Assembly (NCBI GenBank): GCA_947165465.1
Contig: CAMVAM010000003.1
Span: forward strand, 29,289 to 93,288
DNA: 64,000 nt
Direction: 5' to 3'
Source: an uncultured Candidatus Saccharibacteria bacterium
Lineage (GTDB): Bacteria > Patescibacteriota > Saccharimonadia > Saccharimonadales > Saccharimonadaceae
A program made the position numbers and the translations under genes. Positions 44,369-53,207 of this stretch are shown in pieces. The notes under the pieces were generated by a model. That model was not told the origin of the DNA. It worked only from the letters and a program-made list of their open reading frames with translations, and did no database searches. The stretch's first letter is position 1. Each line of letters starts with the position of its first letter.

Positions 44369-44638
44369 CTACCAGCTACTCTTAGTTACACCAGGAATTT
44401 CGCCTTTAGATGCTTTTTCCCGGAAATTAATACGACTGAGGCCAAAGCGGCGCATATAGCCACGTGGACGGCCATCGAGCATATCGCGGTTTTTGAGGCG
44501 AGTTGGTGATGCGTTACGTGGGAGCTTCTGGAGACCTTCGAGGTCACCGGCAGCTTTTAGTTCAGCGCGTTTAGCTTTATATTTTTCGTACATTTTGCGG
44601 CGTTTTTCGTCACGGAGAACTGCAGATTTCTTAGCCAT
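44369..44638 (-). CDS. rpsN: 30S ribosomal protein S14 (long, non-zinc type)
   Basis: [20 protein letters not shown]...[11 protein letters not shown]. The ATG at 44638 has a GGAG upstream; the listed ORF start at 44659 would overlap rplE. Confidence 0.93.
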   Translation of the reverse strand: MAKKSAVLRDEKRRKMYEKYKAKRAELKAAGDLEGLQKLPRNASPTRLKNRDMLDGRPRGYMRRFGLSRINFREKASKGEIPGVTKSSW

Positions 44639-44639
44639 C

Positions 44640-45224
44640 TTACTTGTCTCCTTTCTCAAACGGCATTCCGAAGAGTTCTAGCAATTTAGTGCTTCCTTCC
44701 TTTGAACCATTCTTAATAATAAACGTAACTTCAAGGCCGTGAAGCACAGCTGCATCTTCGAAAGTGATTTCTGGGAATACAGTTTGCTCTTTAAGACCGA
44801 GATTGTAATTACCTTGTTTATCAAATGCAGTGCGAGACACACCGTGGAAGTCACGGACGTGTGGCAATGCGATGTTGATAAGACGATCCACAAATTCGTA
44901 CATTTTGTCGTTTCTGAGGGTAGTGAGGTAACCAACTGGTGCACCCATACCTTTACGAATCTTAAATGTAGCAATCGATTTCTTTGCGAGTCTCGAAGTG
45001 GCTGCTTGACCGGTAATCTTAGCGATGGTAAGTTCTACCGTTTCGGTGAATTTCTTATCTTCGCGCTTCTTACCGACACCACAAGAGACGATAACTTTCT
45101 TAAGCTCTGGAACTTCATTGATGTTCTTGAGTTTAAGTTCTTTCATGAGTTTCGCCTTCAGCTCGTTGTTGTAGAGCTCTTTAAGGCGAGGTGCAGTCTT
45201 AGCTGCAGATTTCTTTTCCGCCAT
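44640..45224 (-). CDS. rplE: 50S ribosomal protein L5
   Basis: [19 protein letters not shown]...[18 protein letters not shown]. Confidence 0.95.
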   Translation of the reverse strand: MAEKKSAAKTAPRLKELYNNELKAKLMKELKLKNINEVPELKKVIVSCGVGKKREDKKFTETVELTIAKITGQAATSRLAKKSIATFKIRKGMGAPVGYLTTLRNDKMYEFVDRLINIALPHVRDFHGVSRTAFDKQGNYNLGLKEQTVFPEITFEDAAVLHGLEVTFIIKNGSKEGSTKLLELFGMPFEKGDK

Positions 45225-45517
45225 TACTTAGCTCCTTTCTTTGCCTTAGCGTCTTTTTTATCTGCTTTCTTAGCAGTCTTTTCAACCTTTGCAGCTTCTA
45301 CAAGCTTCAAATTCGATAAATCAATTCCAACATGAATGGTCTTTTTGCCACCTTGTGGGTTGGTATAAGATTTCTTCATGTGACGTTCAACTACACCGAT
45401 ACCCTCGAGCATAGCTTTGCCTGCTTTGCGATCGATTTTGACAATTTTAGCTTTCTTGCCTTTGTTGTCACCTGCGATTACAAGCACGGTGTCATTTGCT
45501 TTCAAATTCTGTGCCAT
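45224..45517 (-). CDS. rplX: 50S ribosomal protein L24 with Lys-rich C-terminal tail
   Basis: KOW motif (DTVLVIAGDNKGKKAKIVKI). The tail is AAKVEKTAKKADKKDAKAKKGAK. Confidence 0.93.
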   Translation of the reverse strand: MAQNLKANDTVLVIAGDNKGKKAKIVKIDRKAGKAMLEGIGVVERHMKKSYTNPQGGKKTIHVGIDLSNLKLVEAAKVEKTAKKADKKDAKAKKGAK

Positions 45518-45518
45518 A

Positions 45519-45887
45519 TTAGAGTACCTCCGGTGCTAAGCTAATAATCTTCGTAAATCCGAGATCACGAAGCTCGCGTGGGATTGGGCCAAAGACACGA
45601 GTGCCTTTTGGCGTCTTGTCTTCATTTACGAGCACAGCTGCGTTTTCGTCGAAGCGGATGGTAGAACCATCTGGACGGCGGATTGGTTGTACGGTGCGCA
45701 CAATCACTGCCTTTACCACAGCTTTTTTCTTCACGTTACCGGTTGGGGATGCATCCTTCACCGAGCAAGTGACGATATCGCCGACACGTGCATAACGAGC
45801 ACGGGTACCGCCGAGCACGCGGATGACTCCGAGCTCCTTGGCGCCGCTGTTGTCAGCAACTTTTAATCTGGTTTCTTGTTGAATCAT
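45519..45887 (-). CDS. rplN: 50S ribosomal protein L14
   Basis: [27 protein letters not shown]... I prefer the ATG at 45887, directly after the rpsQ stop. Confidence 0.95.
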   Translation of the reverse strand: MIQQETRLKVADNSGAKELGVIRVLGGTRARYARVGDIVTCSVKDASPTGNVKKKAVVKAVIVRTVQPIRRPDGSTIRFDENAAVLVNEDKTPKGTRVFGPIPRELRDLGFTKIISLAPEVL

Positions 45888-45888
45888 A

Positions 45889-46224
45889 TTATTCTTCCCC
45901 CTTCTCTGCCTTAGCGACTTTGTCAGCGCCAATCTTTTCCGGCATTTCCACGGTGTTTACATCGTCCTTAAGTTCGACGGTACCACGTGATTTCTCGAGA
46001 ATCTTCACGAGCTTGTATGCCTTGGTCTTAGAGATTGGAGCGACCATCATGATTTCGACTTTGTCGCCAACCTTGGCCTCATTCTTCTCATCGTGAGCGG
46101 TGTACTTACGAGTCTTCGTGTACTGCTTGCGATAGAGAGGATGAGTCTCACGACTTACGATGGAGACGGTAATGGTCTTATCACGCTTGTCGGAGGTCAC
46201 GATTCCTTGTAATGTGTGTGCCAT
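45889..46224 (-). CDS. rpsQ: 30S ribosomal protein S17 with C-terminal extension
   Basis: [42 protein letters not shown]... Confidence 0.95.
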   Translation of the reverse strand: MAHTLQGIVTSDKRDKTITVSIVSRETHPLYRKQYTKTRKYTAHDEKNEAKVGDKVEIMMVAPISKTKAYKLVKILEKSRGTVELKDDVNTVEMPEKIGADKVAKAEKGEE

Positions 46225-46225
46225 A

Positions 46226-46645
46226 TTAGAACTCCTCTTTCTTAATAATTTTGCATTTAACTGGCAACTTGTGAGAAGCTAGGCGAAGTGCCTCTTTTGC
46301 TTGCTCATCAGTTACGTCAGCAATCTCAAACATCACGGTACCGGCTTTGACCTTAGCTACGAAGAACTGTGGTTCACCTTTACCGGAACCCATTTTCACA
46401 TCAAGTGGTTTCTTGGTCACTGGAGTATGCGGGAAAATGCGAATCCAGATTTTACCACCACGCTTAATGTAACGGGTAATAGCTTGACGGGCGGCCTCGA
46501 TTTGGCGGCTGTTAATACGCTCGTTGTCGAGTGACATTAGACCGTAATCACCGAAAGCGACCGTGTTGCAACGAGTTGCAACGCCTTCGTTTTTACCTTT
46601 GCGTACCTTGCGGTGTGCAGTTTTCTTTGGAAGTAAAATAGCCAT
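46226..46645 (-). CDS. rplP: 50S ribosomal protein L16
   Basis: LLPKKTAHRKVRKGKNEGVATR...IEAARQAITRYIKRGGKIWIRIFP. Confidence 0.95.
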   Translation of the reverse strand: MAILLPKKTAHRKVRKGKNEGVATRCNTVAFGDYGLMSLDNERINSRQIEAARQAITRYIKRGGKIWIRIFPHTPVTKKPLDVKMGSGKGEPQFFVAKVKAGTVMFEIADVTDEQAKEALRLASHKLPVKCKIIKKEEF

Positions 46646-46646
46646 A

Positions 46647-47273
46647 TTATTTCTCCCCCTTGTAGATCCAAACCTTTACGCCTACGATACCGGCAATGGT
46701 TGGAGCATGATGACAATGGAAATCAATGTCTGCTCTTAAGGTATGTAGTGGCACTGAACCTTCAATGAATTTCTCACGGCGAGACATTTCAGCACCGTTA
46801 AGACGGCCGGAAACCTCGATACGTACACCCTTAGCACCTGCATTCATCGTTGATTGAAGTGCCATCTTGACTGCACGACGGAAATTCATACGCTTGCCGA
46901 GTTGGAAACCGATGTTTTCAGCTACGAGCTTTGCGTTTAGTTCTGGTTTTTTAACTTCTTCGACGTTGATACGAACTGGACCAGCGACGATCTTTTCGAG
47001 CTCTTTCTTAAGCTCATTGATACCTGCGCCTTGCTTACCAATCACGGCACCAGCCTTAGCGGTGAGAATCGTAATAGTAGTAAGGTTAGCGGAGCGTTCA
47101 ATATTGATTCTAGCGATGGTTGGGCGGCTCTTGAAGCGTTCCTCAATCATTTCGCGAATCTTGACGTCCTCAACAAGCCAGTGACGGAAATCGGCTTTTC
47201 TAGTGAACCACTTCGAAGACCAATCCTTGCTGACTTGGAGACGGTAAGAGATGGGATTAACCTTTTGACCCAT
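46647..47273 (-). CDS. rpsC: 30S ribosomal protein S3
   Basis: MGQKVNPISYRLQVSKDWSSKWF..., with a KH domain and C-terminal domain. Confidence 0.95.
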   Translation of the reverse strand: MGQKVNPISYRLQVSKDWSSKWFTRKADFRHWLVEDVKIREMIEERFKSRPTIARINIERSANLTTITILTAKAGAVIGKQGAGINELKKELEKIVAGPVRINVEEVKKPELNAKLVAENIGFQLGKRMNFRRAVKMALQSTMNAGAKGVRIEVSGRLNGAEMSRREKFIEGSVPLHTLRADIDFHCHHAPTIAGIVGVKVWIYKGEK

Positions 47274-47274
47274 A

Positions 47275-47676
47275 TTACTTCTTCTCCTTCTTCGCTTCTG
47301 CCTTCTCTTCGGCAGCTTTCTTTACTTTTTCTTCGCCGGCGACCTCGACGAAGATATTACTACTAATCTTTTCGTAAGGAAGTGCACGACCACGTGATGC
47401 CGGGACATAGCGACGCATACGGGTGCCACTCGTTACAAAGATACGGGCGATTCTAATGGTTTTCGGATCAATCGAAACCTTAGAATTATTAATCAAATTT
47501 GCGTTGGCAGACTCTACAGCCTTAAGTACTGCACGAGCAGCACGGCGTGGAGTGTTTTCGAGAATCACAACTGCGTCAGATACATAGCGATCACGTACGA
47601 GTGATGCAACTACGCTAGTCTTGCGTGGCTGTGAATCGATGCCTTTTTCATATGCATGTGCGAAATAAGTAGTCAT
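47275..47676 (-). CDS. rplV: 50S ribosomal protein L22 with Lys/Glu-rich tail
   Basis: SQPRKTSVVASLVRDRYVSDAVVILENTPRRAARAV... The tail is EEKVKKAAEEKAEAKKEKK. Confidence 0.93.
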   Translation of the reverse strand: MTTYFAHAYEKGIDSQPRKTSVVASLVRDRYVSDAVVILENTPRRAARAVLKAVESANANLINNSKVSIDPKTIRIARIFVTSGTRMRRYVPASRGRALPYEKISSNIFVEVAGEEKVKKAAEEKAEAKKEKK

Positions 47677-47678
47677 AA

Positions 47679-47972
47679 TTATGCCTTTCCTTTCGCAGCT
47701 GCAGCTTCAGCGGCTTTCTTACCGCCATGGCGCTTAAATTTACGGGTTGGCGCGAACTCGCCAAGCTTGTGACCGACCATGTTTTCTGAAATAAACACAG
47801 GCACGTGCATTTTACCGTTATGAACGGCAATCGTACGACCAACCATTTCTGGTGAAATCGTCGACTGGCGGGCCCAAGTCTTGATCACGGTGCGATCTTC
47901 GGCGGAGAGAGCGGCAACCTTCTTCGCGAGTTTGTAGTCTACAAATAGACCTTTCTTAAGACTCCGAGACAT
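47679..47972 (-). CDS. rpsS: 30S ribosomal protein S19
   Basis: [15 protein letters not shown]...[38 protein letters not shown]. Confidence 0.95.
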   Translation of the reverse strand: MSRSLKKGLFVDYKLAKKVAALSAEDRTVIKTWARQSTISPEMVGRTIAVHNGKMHVPVFISENMVGHKLGEFAPTRKFKRHGGKKAAEAAAAKGKA

Positions 47973-48805
47973 TATTTCCTCTTTCCTTCGTGGCGACTGC
48001 GCACGATCATTTTATTAGTTTTCTTATTATGACGAGTACGGTAACCAAGCGTGAGCTGACCCCATGGTGTACGTGGAGCTTTACCAGAACCGTGACGACC
48101 ACCGTCACCACCACCGTGTGGGTGATCCGTAGCGTTCATTACGACACCACGTACAGTTGGGCGGATGCCTTTGCGGCGCTTGCGACCGGCAGCACCGATT
48201 TTAACGTTCTGGTGCTGGAGGTTTGAAACCGTACCAATCGAAGCTTCACAGCTAGCGAGCACCTTGCGGACTTCGCCTGATGGCATCTTAAGAGTGGCAT
48301 AGCCATCTTCTTTTGCCATTAATTGTGCTGAAGCACCGGCAGCGCGGACCATCTGGGCACCACGGCCTGGTGTGAGTTCGATTGCGTAAACAAATGTACC
48401 GACTGGGATGTTTTCGAGTGGTAAACGGTTAGAATCTTCAACTTCTACATCACCGGTCTTAAAAGTGGTACCTTTAACCATTTTGGTATCAGCGAGTACA
48501 TAATAATATGTACCGTTTTGATCTTTCACACGTGCGATACGTGCAGAGCGGTTTGGATCGTATTCGATTTCCTGAACCTCAAGGGTAAGACCTTTTGGAA
48601 GGTTATAGGTCATGATACGATAGTGGCGCTTGACACCACCACCACGATGGCGGACGGTGATACGGCCTTGATTGTTTTTACCCGCCTGTTGCTTCTTGGC
48701 TTTAAGAAGTGACTTCATCGGCTTATTAGTCGTGATTTGGTCATAATCTTCTGTCGTCTTCTGACGTTGCGCCGGAGTAATCGGGCGATATGCTTTAATA
48801 GCCAT
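47972..48805 (-). CDS. rplB: 50S ribosomal protein L2
   Basis: [17 protein letters not shown]...[14 protein letters not shown]. Confidence 0.96.
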   Translation of the reverse strand: MAIKAYRPITPAQRQKTTEDYDQITTNKPMKSLLKAKKQQAGKNNQGRITVRHRGGGVKRHYRIMTYNLPKGLTLEVQEIEYDPNRSARIARVKDQNGTYYYVLADTKMVKGTTFKTGDVEVEDSNRLPLENIPVGTFVYAIELTPGRGAQMVRAAGASAQLMAKEDGYATLKMPSGEVRKVLASCEASIGTVSNLQHQNVKIGAAGRKRRKGIRPTVRGVVMNATDHPHGGGDGGRHGSGKAPRTPWGQLTLGYRTRHNKKTNKMIVRSRHEGKRK

Positions 48806-49215
48806 TATTTATTCTCCTTACCTGCATTCTTGTCTGCCTTCTTTGCAGCTTTTTCTGCTTTTTTGGCTTCCTTTGCGCTGGTTTTATTATCTTCTTTTTC
48901 CGGCTCATCAAATACACGAATTGAATTGCCTTCAGCTAAAGTCACATAAGCGAACTTTCTGTCCTGGCGGTGAGTAATGCCTGGGTAAGCATGCTTGCCC
49001 TTGCTGAATTTAGTTTTCTTACCGTCGCGAACTAAAGTGCGAACATCTGTAACTTTCACATTAAATTCTTTTTCAACCATCTTGGCAACTTCTTGCTTTG
49101 AAGTGGAGCGCTTTACGATAAATACGTAAGTGCGCTTGGTTTGCTCAAGATAGGTCTTCTCGGTAGCACGTGGCTCGAGGATGTGAAGCTTAATATTGGT
49201 TTTATCGTCTGCCAT
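48805..49215 (-). CDS. rplW: 50S ribosomal protein L23 with ~35-aa Lys-rich tail
   Basis: L23 core (ILEPRATEKTY...YVFIVKRSTSKQEVAKMVEKEFNVKV). The tail is EKEDNKTSAKEAKKAEKAAKKADKNAGKENK. Confidence 0.93.
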   Translation of the reverse strand: MADDKTNIKLHILEPRATEKTYLEQTKRTYVFIVKRSTSKQEVAKMVEKEFNVKVTDVRTLVRDGKKTKFSKGKHAYPGITHRQDRKFAYVTLAEGNSIRVFDEPEKEDNKTSAKEAKKAEKAAKKADKNAGKENK

Positions 49216-49216
49216 T

Positions 49217-49813
49217 TTACTTCTCTCCCTTCAACCACTTTACAGTTGCTTTATAACCTGCATCACCGAATACGATTGCATCGGCGTTCATGATATCAAA
49301 TACATTGAGATAAGTGCTACGAACAAGTTTGACATTTGGAAGGTTGTTGGTTGAGCGAAGAACTTCTGGAGTCTTCTCAGCTACAACAGCAAGTACCAAC
49401 TTGTCTTCGAGCTTCATATCTTTAAGAACCTTAGCTGCAGTCTTGGTCTTGCCATCAAGTTTGATGGTTGGCTCAAGCACAAATACAGCTTTGTCTTTGT
49501 TCTTAAGTGATAGTGCCTGGCATACAGCTTGGAGTTTAGCCGAGCGAGAGATCTTCTTGGTGAAGTTTTCTTCGCCAGTGCGACCAAATGCTACACCACC
49601 ATGGCGCCAGATTGGGTTACGAGTCGAACCGAAACGAGCACGACCGGTACCTTTTTGCTTCCATGGCTTCTTGCCACCACCACGAACTTCGCCACGCTTC
49701 AAAGTTTTTGCGTGTGATGAACGTGAGTTTGCAAGATATGCATCGTATGCAAGCTTAATTAATTCATGATTTTCGACGGAAAGGCCGAATACATCTTTAT
49801 CTAAAGTAGCCAT
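49217..49813 (-). CDS. rplD: 50S ribosomal protein L4
   Basis: GEVRGGGKKPWKQKGTGRARFGSTRNPIWRHGGVAFG. Confidence 0.95.
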   Translation of the reverse strand: MATLDKDVFGLSVENHELIKLAYDAYLANSRSSHAKTLKRGEVRGGGKKPWKQKGTGRARFGSTRNPIWRHGGVAFGRTGEENFTKKISRSAKLQAVCQALSLKNKDKAVFVLEPTIKLDGKTKTAAKVLKDMKLEDKLVLAVVAEKTPEVLRSTNNLPNVKLVRSTYLNVFDIMNADAIVFGDAGYKATVKWLKGEK

Positions 49814-49814
49814 C

Positions 49815-50435
49815 TTATTCCTTTCCCTCCACCGTTACGATTCCTTTTTTCGGACCAGGCACAGCGCCTTTCAGACCGATTAGATTGTTGGCTGCATCGA
49901 TGTATGCAACAACAAGATTTTTGACAGTGACGGTGTCGTGGCCCATACGGCCTGGCATTCTTTTGCCTTTAAAAACCTTCTGTGGGTACATGGAACCAAT
50001 GGAACCGACTTTACGAATGTCGCCCTTAAAACCATGGGTATTGCGGGATTCGTTGAAGTTCCAGCGTTTAACGGTACCGGCATAGCCTTTACCTTTGCTT
50101 GTTCCGGTCACAGAAACTTTGTCACCAAGCTTGAAGCTCTCTACCGTGAGAGTATCACCAAGCTTTAGGCCTTCTGGGATTTCGTCAACACGAAATTCCT
50201 TTAGAACCTTAGGATTAATATTTTCACCGGCCTTCTTAACGTGGCCAGCAACCGACTTGCTCAGATTCTTACCCTGACCATAACCCACCTGCACAGCGTT
50301 ATAACCATCGGTTTCGACGGTTTTAATCTGAGTCACCGTGGCTGGGCCGGCTTGAAGAATAGTCACAGGAGTAACTACGCCATCTTCGCCGATGATCTGA
50401 GTCATACCAATTTTGGTGCCGAGAATGACTTGCAT
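49815..50435 (-). CDS. rplC: 50S ribosomal protein L3
   Basis: ILGTKIGMTQI...GTSKGKGYAGTVKRWNF... Confidence 0.95.
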   Translation of the reverse strand: MQVILGTKIGMTQIIGEDGVVTPVTILQAGPATVTQIKTVETDGYNAVQVGYGQGKNLSKSVAGHVKKAGENINPKVLKEFRVDEIPEGLKLGDTLTVESFKLGDKVSVTGTSKGKGYAGTVKRWNFNESRNTHGFKGDIRKVGSIGSMYPQKVFKGKRMPGRMGHDTVTVKNLVVAYIDAANNLIGLKGAVPGPKKGIVTVEGKE

Positions 50436-50570
50436 CCTTATCCTTTCCTTAATTTTTTTACACTATTAAAACTAGACTTTTAGGCCGGTTTCCCCTGTTA
50501 AAATCACAGAAGACCTCACCTTATGTCTAGATAACGCTTTAATTTTACCACACTTTTAGGTGGATTACAA
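50436..50570 (-). promoter_or_regulatory. Promoter (TTGTAA-17-TGGTAAAAT, 50542-50570) plus ~100-nt structured leader of the rplC operon
   Basis: The minus strand reads TTGTAA tccacctaaaagtgtgg TAAAAT. The leader holds the inverted repeat ctagac...gtctag and the SD AAGGAAAGGA before the ATG at 50435. Confidence 0.6.
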
Positions 50571-50588
50571 GGGGTTTTTAAGAGATTT

Positions 50589-51107
50589 TTACTTATCTTC
50601 GTGTTTTGTAATCACGATGTCAATGTCTTTAATGGAACCTTTGGTGTCCATATTCACATCAAACGACTCGCCTTCGTTCGTCACAAACATAAAATACATG
50701 GTCGTACGCTTGGTATTCGTGTATTTGTAGCTATCTTTTTTGTAGCTGATTTGCTTCGCATTCGGGCAATTCTTTGAAACATACTGCGCAAGCGTATTTA
50801 CGAGCTTCGAATATTGGTCAGCCATGAGACCCATCTTCTTTAGCTGATAAATACCAATCATTAGAAGCTTGCCGTCTTTGTTTTCGGTTTCTTGCTTCAC
50901 TTTACGAATCGTTTCGCCGGAAACCGGGTCAACTTCGGTTGTAATTCTTTCATCGTCAGATGGCAGACCTGGCTTATCGTCACCGATTTTAATCACACCA
51001 AGCCCCATTAAAATGAGTAGAACAATAATCGCGACCACAAATAGCCCGCCAATTATCAGAATGACTCTTCCTCTTTTTGTACTGGTTAATAAATTCTCGT
51101 TATTCAT
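50589..51107 (-). CDS. N-terminally anchored membrane protein (172 aa), unknown function; paralogous region shared with the 245-aa protein at 52470..53207
   Basis: One TM (VILIIGGLFVVAIIVLLILMGLGV). The ectodomain contains KKDSYKYTNTKRTTMYFMFVTNEGESFDVNMD. Confidence 0.55.
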   Translation of the reverse strand: MNNENLLTSTKRGRVILIIGGLFVVAIIVLLILMGLGVIKIGDDKPGLPSDDERITTEVDPVSGETIRKVKQETENKDGKLLMIGIYQLKKMGLMADQYSKLVNTLAQYVSKNCPNAKQISYKKDSYKYTNTKRTTMYFMFVTNEGESFDVNMDTKGSIKDIDIVITKHEDK

Positions 51108-51108
51108 A

Positions 51109-52422
51109 CTATTTACTTATTGCGTAGGCGTTTGAAAGGCCTGATGTTACTTGATACGGATCGTAGCTAGCTACTGGGTCGTGGCTTCCGGCCGAATCAG
51201 CCACAATCCATTCACCAGAATCTGTAATGCCAACGATTGCTACATAGTGACCACCCTCGGTGAATGGCAAACCGCCCGCACCGACTGCGTGAACCATCTT
51301 ACCGGCTTTTAGTGCCGCATTAATCGTATCTACACTTGCATTGCCGAGGTTCTCGGCTTGGAGTCCATAATGTTGCGCGAGTACCCTAGATATTTCCCAG
51401 CTACTACCACACAAACTACCGTCACTACACCGTACATGCATACCCGCCTGACCGGCAATGTCTGCCGTCTCGGCCGGAGTTACGCTCATGCCCATCGTAG
51501 CGAGGATAGAAGCAAATGAAGTCGGACCACAGCCGGATTCGCAAATCGAGTTCATATCGCTACCATGAATACCTTGGTTACCATAGTTGAGGCTTCCCCA
51601 TTCCGGGTCGCACTGGTTGTATGAAACTACACCATCTACCGTAACAGGTGTGCCGGCACCGCCATAACCTTCTGGTTGGCAGTTCACATATTCACCACTA
51701 CCGCCACCAGTGCCATCGCCCGGCGCTAATTCTGGTAATTCGCTCGGATCAATGCCGAGGAATTGGTAAGCATAGCTAAGACGAGTGTTGTAATCTTCTG
51801 TCGCTGGGTTTTCGTAATTACGCCAAATACCATACACGGCATCTTCCATGCTCATCGCATTTAGCGCACTTGGGCCGTAGCCATATTGCGGAAGCTCCTC
51901 AATTGCCCAACCTACCTGCGCCTGCATCGAAGTCACTGGGTAGCCATGGCTATCTGCATAGTTCTGAAGGCCCTCGACGCGAGACCAGAAGTCCCACTGC
52001 ACTAAGCCGAAACCACCAGAATAAGTCTTGCTACCATTATCATAGGCGCGGAAATCTTCCGACACAATCGCACCACCTTGAAGAATACGTGGGTTCAGTC
52101 CGGACTCGGCATACATGTTGCCAATAATCGCTGCCGCTGACTGCTCGGAATAGCCATTTGCCATCAAAGTACCCATAATTGCACTCGCGTTATCGTCTGC
52201 ATTAATATAAACCGTCGACGGATCTACTACTTGGTAGTTTTCCGAACCGGCATCCACACAAGCATTTGAACCATACGGATCGTAGAACAAAATGTTGTTC
52301 TGCGCGAACTTTTCGAGCATTTCTTCAGGCATCGTTGCATGAGTCACCGAAGCGGCCGGCCCCACAACAGCCACCACGAAAGTCATAGCCACAGCAAGAA
52401 CAGCTTTGATTCTACTTTTCAT
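51109..52422 (-). CDS. Secreted bifunctional cell-wall hydrolase: lysozyme-like (phage-tail-lysozyme-type) N-domain + C39-like cysteine peptidase C-domain
   Basis: Signal peptide from MKSRIKAVLAVAMTFVVAVVGPAASVTHA. AAAIIGNMYAESGLNP...GFGLVQW is lysozyme-like. SGCGPTSFASILATMG...GGHYVAIVG is Peptidase_C39_2-like. I prefer the ATG at 52422 over the TTG at 52458. Confidence 0.7.
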   Translation of the reverse strand: MKSRIKAVLAVAMTFVVAVVGPAASVTHATMPEEMLEKFAQNNILFYDPYGSNACVDAGSENYQVVDPSTVYINADDNASAIMGTLMANGYSEQSAAAIIGNMYAESGLNPRILQGGAIVSEDFRAYDNGSKTYSGGFGLVQWDFWSRVEGLQNYADSHGYPVTSMQAQVGWAIEELPQYGYGPSALNAMSMEDAVYGIWRNYENPATEDYNTRLSYAYQFLGIDPSELPELAPGDGTGGGSGEYVNCQPEGYGGAGTPVTVDGVVSYNQCDPEWGSLNYGNQGIHGSDMNSICESGCGPTSFASILATMGMSVTPAETADIAGQAGMHVRCSDGSLCGSSWEISRVLAQHYGLQAENLGNASVDTINAALKAGKMVHAVGAGGLPFTEGGHYVAIVGITDSGEWIVADSAGSHDPVASYDPYQVTSGLSNAYAISK

Positions 52423-52469
52423 TAATATAAGTATAATATTTTTTCTAAAAGATATCAAGCATAATGCTT

Positions 52470-53207
52470 TTATTCTTGCTCAGGAAAATCGTTGTATTGG
52501 TCAGTCATGTCGTAATAATTAACAGTCGCATTTCCATTAAACTCATAGCCCTTTTGTTGAAGCACATCCATTGCCGTTTCCCTTAGGCCGCCAGTGTAAT
52601 CTACAATCGAAAATAACAGTGAACCGTCTTCAAGCACCGCCCCGCGAATCTCAAAATGAATTGCTCTTCTTGATTCAAAATCAAATGCATCTACTACTAT
52701 TGGAAAGTCTTTTAATCCTCTTACTTCGTCAAAAGTATTTGCCATCTCCGTGTTGTCATACATGCTTTCGCAGTGACTCTCCGGATATTTACTTTCCTTT
52801 GTAGTAGCACAGCGAATAATAATTCCGTCTGATACCTCCACCTTTTTGGACCAATCCATCACTACTTTATATGTTTGCTTATAGTCATCCACATCGATTA
52901 AGAAATTCGCCGTCGTTATATCCTGCTCGGTGCTAGTGCCATAAGAATCTTCTCGAATCGTCGCGCTGATTCTGTCGTCTTCTTTCGCTCCGGCCTTTGC
53001 GACAAGCAGATTTTTTAATTGTAGTCCAAGTCCTTCCACTTGATCTTTTGGCATCGATTCCGGTGCACCCGAAATCGTCACGTGACTTTTTTGCCATGAC
53101 TGGCTCTGCATTATCGACATAATCACGGCGATTATTACTACCAGCATCGTCACGCCGGCACTGATGGTTCCTATTTTTGGTAATGAAAGCGGTTGTTTTT
53201 CGAACAT
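52470..53207 (-). CDS. N-terminally anchored membrane protein (245 aa), unknown function
   Basis: One TM (ISAGVTMLVVIIAVIMSIM). The ectodomain contains IREDSYGTSTEQDITTANFLIDVDDYKQTYKVVMD. Abuts the stop codon of the upstream hydrolase gene. Confidence 0.55.
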   Translation of the reverse strand: MFEKQPLSLPKIGTISAGVTMLVVIIAVIMSIMQSQSWQKSHVTISGAPESMPKDQVEGLGLQLKNLLVAKAGAKEDDRISATIREDSYGTSTEQDITTANFLIDVDDYKQTYKVVMDWSKKVEVSDGIIIRCATTKESKYPESHCESMYDNTEMANTFDEVRGLKDFPIVVDAFDFESRRAIHFEIRGAVLEDGSLLFSIVDYTGGLRETAMDVLQQKGYEFNGNATVNYYDMTDQYNDFPEQE

